Source: an uncultured Methanospirillum sp.
GTDB taxonomy: Archaea > Halobacteriota > Methanomicrobia > Methanomicrobiales > Methanospirillaceae
Direction of reading: 5' to 3'
NCBI GenBank assembly: GCA_964501255.1
Contig: CAZCSN010000007.1
Location: 3,703-67,702, forward strand
DNA: 64,000 nt
Under the pieces are notes generated by a model, which saw only the letters and a list, made by a program, of their open reading frames with translations, searched no databases and was not told where the DNA came from. A program made the translations under genes and the position numbers. This document shows positions 58,823 to 64,000 of the stretch, in pieces; the first letter of the stretch is position 1, and the number at the start of each line of letters is the position of its first letter.

Positions 58823-58993
58823 AATTGGATTCACGCACAATTATTTTACGTTTTAATTATTTCATTACGCTGTCATCTTAACACTTATCTACAATAATTG
58901 AATCCAGGGAATAATAACGATAGTCCCTGGTATCAATAAATACCCTGTCCAATGTATACCTGGCGGGCTCAATCAACGCATACCCTGCATATA

Positions 58994-59839
58994 TCAAGTA
59001 ATTACTGACTGTTCCACTGCCCGGTGTGCGAATATGAAGGCAATCAGTGCACATATGAGGAGATACAGAAACGATATCAGGATCTCTGTGCCTGAAAAGA
59101 CAAATTCGAGCCCGAGAGCGCTGAAATGATCTCCCATTGAGAAGTACCGCAGGCCGTTTGAGAGATGGGTCAGCGGATTTATCAGCGTAATCTCCTGAAG
59201 CACCGGAGGAAGACCTGCCGACGGATAGAGTGCGTTTGAGGCAAAGAATACCGGCATGGAGAGTACCGTGGTAATTCCCTGATATCCTTCCGGCGATGTT
59301 GTTTTGAATGCAACATAGAGCGAGACACAGAGAATTGCTGCTGAAAAGACCGCAACGAACAGGATCATCCCAAGAAGTGAGATGATAATTTCGAGAGGGT
59401 TTTTTCCGGTAAAGAAGGCAACCCCAAGCACAATTCCAAATACAATGATAATAAACGTCTGAATAAGGGATTTTGTGATCGTGGAGAGGGATATGCCGAT
59501 GATGAGATCCCGCCGGGGCATGGGACTTGCCATAATCTCCCGTAATATCCCCCAGTTCTTGTCAAAGAGGACTGAAAACCCTCCGTAGAGATTCGCAAAG
59601 AGGATTGTTGCGGCAATCATCCCCGGACACATGAAGGTGAGGTAGTCATACGCGATCATCCCGGCAGGAGCTGTTCCCTTGCCTAAAATCCGCTCAAAAT
59701 TCCCGGCCATTCCTATTCCAAAGAGAGCAAGCCAGAGGATGGGATGGAGCATCGAGGTGAAGAGTTGATCCTTAAATCTGACATACCTGCGGATATCCCG
59801 CTTGAACACTGCAATAAAACCAGATGTCATACTCCTCAC
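58994..59839 (-). CDS. ABC-2 type permease
   Basis: YLTFMCPGM, DKNWGILREIMASP, FASNALYP, NPLTH. Confidence 0.92.
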   Translation of the reverse strand: MRSMTSGFIAVFKRDIRRYVRFKDQLFTSMLHPILWLALFGIGMAGNFERILGKGTAPAGMIAYDYLTFMCPGMIAATILFANLYGGFSVLFDKNWGILREIMASPMPRRDLIIGISLSTITKSLIQTFIIIVFGIVLGVAFFTGKNPLEIIISLLGMILFVAVFSAAILCVSLYVAFKTTSPEGYQGITTVLSMPVFFASNALYPSAGLPPVLQEITLINPLTHLSNGLRYFSMGDHFSALGLEFVFSGTEILISFLYLLICALIAFIFAHRAVEQSVIT

Positions 59840-60781
59840 CTAATCCCGTAGCTCCGTTCCGGTGTAATGCATGAAGACATCATCCATCGACGGTTTTTTG
59901 AGGCTGACTGATCTGACCATAATTCCCTGCTCATCAACAGCCCTGATGATGGATGGAAGGATCTCTGCTCCGTGATTTCCTGAAAAGACCAGGATTCTTC
60001 CGTCACAGGGCTGAATTCCGGTGATTCCCGGAATATCACGAATGCGGGCAGATGCTGCTGTATTATCACTTGTTTCCAGGTAAATGATATCGTTTCCAAG
60101 CCCTGATTTCAGTTCATCAGGAGTTCCTCTGGTTATGATCGTTCCGTGATCAATGAGGGCAATCGAATCAGAGAGGACATCTGCCTCATCCATGTAATGT
60201 GTGGTCATGAAAATGGTGGTTCCTTCCTGGTTTACCATCCGGAGGTACTCCCAGGTCTTCTGTCTGGTCTGGGGATCAAGACCGATGGTTGGTTCGTCAA
60301 GAAAGAGAATCTGCGGTCGTGTCATGAGACCACGGGCTATCTCCAGTCTGCGTTTCATTCCGCCCGAGAGGGTGCTCACGAGTGCGTCAGCTTTCTCCTC
60401 AAGCTCGACCATCCTGAGCAGTTCGGTTATTCGTCTGGTCTTTTCTTCCCGGTTCATCTGGTAGATATCCCCATGAAAATCAAGGGTTTCAGAGACGGTC
60501 ATGTCCTTGTCAAGGGTTATCTGCTGGAATACGATCCCGATCGATTCACGAACCTTCACCTGGTCTTTCCTGAGATCATACCCTGCAATGGTAACGGTTC
60601 CTTCCTGCATCGGAAGAAGGGTGATCAGGGTGTTTATCACAGTCGTCTTTCCTGCCCCGTTCGGCCCGAGAAATGAGAAAAACTCTCCCTGTCTGACCTG
60701 GAATGATACGTTTTTCACGGCCTGTACATCACCATACGAATATGAAAATCCGGATACATCGAGAATTATGGAGTTATTCAT
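59840..60781 (-). CDS. ABC exporter ATP-binding subunit
   Basis: GPNGAGKT, LSGGM, LDEPT, TTHYMDEA. Confidence 0.95.
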   Translation of the reverse strand: MNNSIILDVSGFSYSYGDVQAVKNVSFQVRQGEFFSFLGPNGAGKTTVINTLITLLPMQEGTVTIAGYDLRKDQVKVRESIGIVFQQITLDKDMTVSETLDFHGDIYQMNREEKTRRITELLRMVELEEKADALVSTLSGGMKRRLEIARGLMTRPQILFLDEPTIGLDPQTRQKTWEYLRMVNQEGTTIFMTTHYMDEADVLSDSIALIDHGTIITRGTPDELKSGLGNDIIYLETSDNTAASARIRDIPGITGIQPCDGRILVFSGNHGAEILPSIIRAVDEQGIMVRSVSLKKPSMDDVFMHYTGTELRD

Positions 60782-61346
60782 GTGTATGTCCCTGTCTGGT
60801 CTCAATACCCTGAGCATCGTACTCTTCAAGAAAACGCAGCACCCATTCACGCTCTGCTTTTATCAGGAACTGCCTTCTTCTGGACAGGGCAAGGTTTCCG
60901 ACCGGGCATCCGTGGTCAAGCAGATATTGTTCCAGATCCTTGTAGCAGGTTAATCGCTGCTCAATGGATTCCAGATATTTTCCCAGGACTTCATGCACCT
61001 CTGCCGGTGTCAGTATGTGGAGATTTGCCAGGGCGAGATCGATCTGGTAGATGGTGATCTCCATTTCAGACATAATGTCGATTATTTTCTCTTTCAGTTC
61101 TTTCTTCCCTTTTTCAGTAATGGAGTAGATCTTTTTGACTTTGTTGGTATCAGTGACGGTAAGACTGACATCAACGAGGAGTTTCCGCTCCAGTTTTTCC
61201 AGTACCTTGTAGATGGAGGAGAGTGAGATCTCGGTCCAGTACCGCATGTCCTGCTCCCATACATGCTTTTCAATCTCATACGGGTACATCGGTCGTTCAG
61301 AGAGAAGCCCAAGGAGGGCTGTCTCCATGTTTGAGATCGAACTCAT
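60774..61346 (-). CDS. PadR family transcriptional regulator
   Basis: ALLGLLSERPMYPYEI, SSIYKVLEKLE, KKIYSITEKG. Confidence 0.93.
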   Translation of the reverse strand: MSSISNMETALLGLLSERPMYPYEIEKHVWEQDMRYWTEISLSSIYKVLEKLERKLLVDVSLTVTDTNKVKKIYSITEKGKKELKEKIIDIMSEMEITIYQIDLALANLHILTPAEVHEVLGKYLESIEQRLTCYKDLEQYLLDHGCPVGNLALSRRRQFLIKAEREWVLRFLEEYDAQGIETRQGHTHE

Positions 61347-61348
61347 AC

Positions 61349-61370
61349 AATATTGTACTAGTACAATATT
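61349..61370. promoter_or_regulatory. Perfect 22-bp palindrome AATATTGTACTAGTACAATATT (putative PadR operator)
   Basis: Self-complementary; 2 bp from the padR start codon. Confidence 0.8.
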
Positions 61371-61479
61371 ATATAGAGAGATCGTTTTATAATTACAGGA
61401 GCGGAGAAGTATGAAACAATGGCACAGAGAATAATGTTCATAATGCCCAGGTTATTCTGTCAGAAAAAAGGTATTTTTT

Positions 61480-62775
61480 TTAAAAATCATCATAGGGTAC
61501 TTCTACCAGATGGTCAGCCTGAAAATACTCATCCGGATCCATCGACCAGAGATCTGCGATATAGGTGGGATCATACTCCCGGTACCAGGCGCTGGTATCC
61601 GTATCATACAGGTAATAATTATCCCATCCAAGCATATTCTCAAGGTAATTGGCATCGGTGAATGTTAATCCGTATCCATAATTCCACAGATCAAAATCAA
61701 GTCCGTAATCGATGTAATCGGTCAGAATCCCATATTCAATCCAGTCATCGATGAACAGATATTCATAGGGATCAAAATACCAGTATTTATCCTTTGATTT
61801 TGCAGGAATGCGGACACTGTTCACAATATCGGCAAGAACCGGGTATATCTCGTCAAACGTTTCGGCAGGGTATGCACTGACAATTGAGAGTATCTGCTGA
61901 TTTCCCATAGATCCGATGGGGACATATATCTCAAACCCCTTCAGGGCACCTTTTTTTGCACCCGAATCCTCGAACATGAGAAAACCTGCAGGATTCTGAT
62001 CGATATTGAGACGTGATTCATCAAGAACAGTAATATTCTCACGTTCCATCCGTTCCCGGACTGACTGCATGACTGCATCCAGGTTCTTCGATGAGTTCAC
62101 GATACGGACCTTCATCACGGTATGATTTGCCTGATTTTTCAGCAGGATCGCATCTTCATCACTCATTTCCGTCAGGGAGAGTATATCCGGATATGAGAGG
62201 GAATAGATCCCGTTCGCATGCTTCCAGAATGCCATTGTTCCTGCATTCGTCGTATCGGGTTTTTTCAGGGTTACGGAGTCTGTAATGTTCTGAAGCAGCG
62301 TAGTATCGATCTCCTCCGGGGATGCACAGGTGAGTGCGATCTTCATATCATCCACAATGCCATACAGGCCGGTCACCTGCACGGGAGCCCCGCCTGACGT
62401 GTATGATCCGGTAACCTTTACGCCGGGATTTTGGAGGAGGGTCGTCTCTTCCCGTCCTGTTACCGCATAACCCGGGTGGATTACTTTCATGGCGGATATT
62501 TCGTGATCGACAAAATCATCAGGCGTCTGGTTATCCGCTTTCGTCACCGTGACGGCAACAGCAGATGTCCCGTCACCCATGATCACCATATCACGATTAA
62601 TCCGCCATTGATCAATGATCCTCCAGCCGTCCGGAACATTGACCGTGAAGTAAAATCCATCATAGACCTGGCCTGAACCGGAACTGGTCTGATTATGTTG
62701 CATTTCAGCATGAACACAGCCCAAAAGAGAGGCTGCAATACATATCAGTACAATCATGGAGAGAATCCTGTTCAT
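61480..62775 (-). CDS. Exported protein with two PsbP/DcrB-like domains and an aromatic/acidic tail
   Basis: Signal peptide; FTVNVPDGW and YSLSYPD repeats; Tyr/Trp/Asp-rich last ~100 aa. Confidence 0.72.
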   Translation of the reverse strand: MNRILSMIVLICIAASLLGCVHAEMQHNQTSSGSGQVYDGFYFTVNVPDGWRIIDQWRINRDMVIMGDGTSAVAVTVTKADNQTPDDFVDHEISAMKVIHPGYAVTGREETTLLQNPGVKVTGSYTSGGAPVQVTGLYGIVDDMKIALTCASPEEIDTTLLQNITDSVTLKKPDTTNAGTMAFWKHANGIYSLSYPDILSLTEMSDEDAILLKNQANHTVMKVRIVNSSKNLDAVMQSVRERMERENITVLDESRLNIDQNPAGFLMFEDSGAKKGALKGFEIYVPIGSMGNQQILSIVSAYPAETFDEIYPVLADIVNSVRIPAKSKDKYWYFDPYEYLFIDDWIEYGILTDYIDYGLDFDLWNYGYGLTFTDANYLENMLGWDNYYLYDTDTSAWYREYDPTYIADLWSMDPDEYFQADHLVEVPYDDF

Positions 62776-62964
62776 CGTCCCAACCCACGTGATCATCATT
62801 TCAGGAGATGATGAATATTTGCATGGCAATACCCGGATTACCCTGCCTAATCTCCGGATTCCATGGATACCATAAGAAATCACAGGATTTTCATTCTGTC
62901 ATCTGCGTTTTGGAGATTTTAAAAAGAGGAGAAAGGGTACGGCTGGTGAATGAGGAAACCGGCA

Positions 62965-63555
62965 TTATCTTCCAAAGGTCGCGACGATTTCTGTGCTCTT
63001 CAGGGTGTGATCCGTAAGTACTTTGTCAATCCCTGTACGGTTCAGATTCTCAGTAAGATTACCAATATCCAGCGCATACAGGGTAAACCGATAGCGATGA
63101 ATCTGTCCTGAAGGAGGACAGGGCGGGAAGTATGCATTTTCCTTAGCCGTGTTTATCCCGATGGAGACGGGTGATGAACCGGGCTGCATAGAGAATGCAT
63201 CAGGAATTTTATCTGTTTCCGGGGGGATATTGTAGACTATCCAATGGGTGAATGTTCCCAATGGTGCGTCAGGATCATCAAGAATGCATACAAGACTTTG
63301 GGTGCCGTTCGGGATATTGCTCCATGCAATCTCCGGGTTTTTCCCCTGCCCGTCGCAGGTATATTCACTCGGGACTGATGATCCGTTCACGATGGTTCCG
63401 TTGGCAACGGTAAGGGTCAACTGAGCCGGCTCTCCTTTTTCAGATAGCAGAAACGTATCCTGTGCGGTCACTGCAGCACTGACGCCGGCACACATGCACA
63501 AAAGAAGGAGAAAGATACAGAGGATGGGAATATGCCATTTGTTCATAGGATTCAT
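62965..63555 (-). CDS. YbhB/YbcL (PEBP) family exported protein
   Basis: YTCDG, DDPDAP, FTHW, PPCPP, HRYRFTLYALD. Confidence 0.93.
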   Translation of the reverse strand: MNPMNKWHIPILCIFLLLLCMCAGVSAAVTAQDTFLLSEKGEPAQLTLTVANGTIVNGSSVPSEYTCDGQGKNPEIAWSNIPNGTQSLVCILDDPDAPLGTFTHWIVYNIPPETDKIPDAFSMQPGSSPVSIGINTAKENAYFPPCPPSGQIHRYRFTLYALDIGNLTENLNRTGIDKVLTDHTLKSTEIVATFGR

Positions 63556-63579
63556 AATGCATCGGGAGACATAAATATT

Positions 63580-64000
63580 TTATTCAGATATTCCGGTTAT
63601 CCGTTCTTTTCTATGGATAATTGCCATAAACTGGCATCCCTCCCGATCATCGATGAGATCAATATCCGACCAGGTTTCACAGGCCCTCTTAACACCTGAA
63701 CCAAGCCCACGGTAGGGCAGCAGGCCTTTTGCTATGAATGAGACCAGTATCGGATTCCGGATAATGGAATTCCCCCTCCGGATCTTCTCAACGGTCAGGT
63801 TATTTGGCAGATTACCCGGACTGATAATCTCGATACGGTTATCAAAAATGAAAATTCTGACCGGCGCATCGATCAGATAATCACGGTGCACAAGTGCGTT
63901 CACCAGGAGTTCTTCAAATACAACGGGTGGTATTTCGGGCACTCCAGGGGAATTTACTCCTCCTGCCTGAATCTTGTGCAGGTTCCGCATGATAAAAGCC
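63580..64000 (-). CDS. C-terminal part of an AlbA/Schlafen-associated ATP-binding (HATPase_c_4) protein
   Basis: EELLVNALVHRDY, FDNRIEIISPG, RNP, GLGSG; runs off the window. Confidence 0.85.
   Translation of the reverse strand, partial: AFIMRNLHKIQAGGVNSPGVPEIPPVVFEELLVNALVHRDYLIDAPVRIFIFDNRIEIISPGNLPNNLTVEKIRRGNSIIRNPILVSFIAKGLLPYRGLGSGVKRACETWSDIDLIDDREGCQFMAIIHRKERITGISE

Noticed and set aside
1-64000. Transposases, integrases or prophage
   Set aside because: No DDE, HUH or tyrosine-recombinase ORFs or terminal inverted repeats recognised; the AT-rich TA patches lack evident mobility genes

Overview
Chromosomal window from a methanogenic archaeon, most likely Methanospirillum (Methanomicrobiales), judged by archaeal EF-1alpha/uS10, archaeal CobT, Dph6, Nre, FprA with an MsvR-like regulator and a TIGR04083-type radical SAM enzyme. 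The left part is housekeeping (tuf-rpsJ, cobS/cobT, guaA subunit A, traB, dph6, nudC). It is followed by a cluster of exported and membrane proteins, then a long patchwork of stress, redox, repair and efflux genes with local regulators (MsvR/FprA, HxlR/nitroreductase, MarR/LonA, PadR/ABC exporter). Three toxin-antitoxin-type loci lie in AT-rich patches. No rRNA, tRNA, CRISPR array or transposase was seen. Signals missed by the ORF track: (1) a ~360-nt highly structured minus-strand RNA at ~9940-10310 with a long-range pseudoknot-like closure, C-rich anti-SD-like segments and a 30-codon sORF; (2) a 48-aa ORF upstream of a GNAT toxin-like gene and a 51-aa ORF upstream of a PIN gene; (3) a truncated HEPN remnant behind an MNT gene; (4) twin 21-bp palindromic operators before marR and lonA, and a perfect 22-bp palindrome before padR; (5) a 40-codon sORF unit near the peptide-modifying rSAM gene; (6) a glutamine amidotransferase translationally coupled to Dph6. 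All family assignments come from motif recognition, not database searches.
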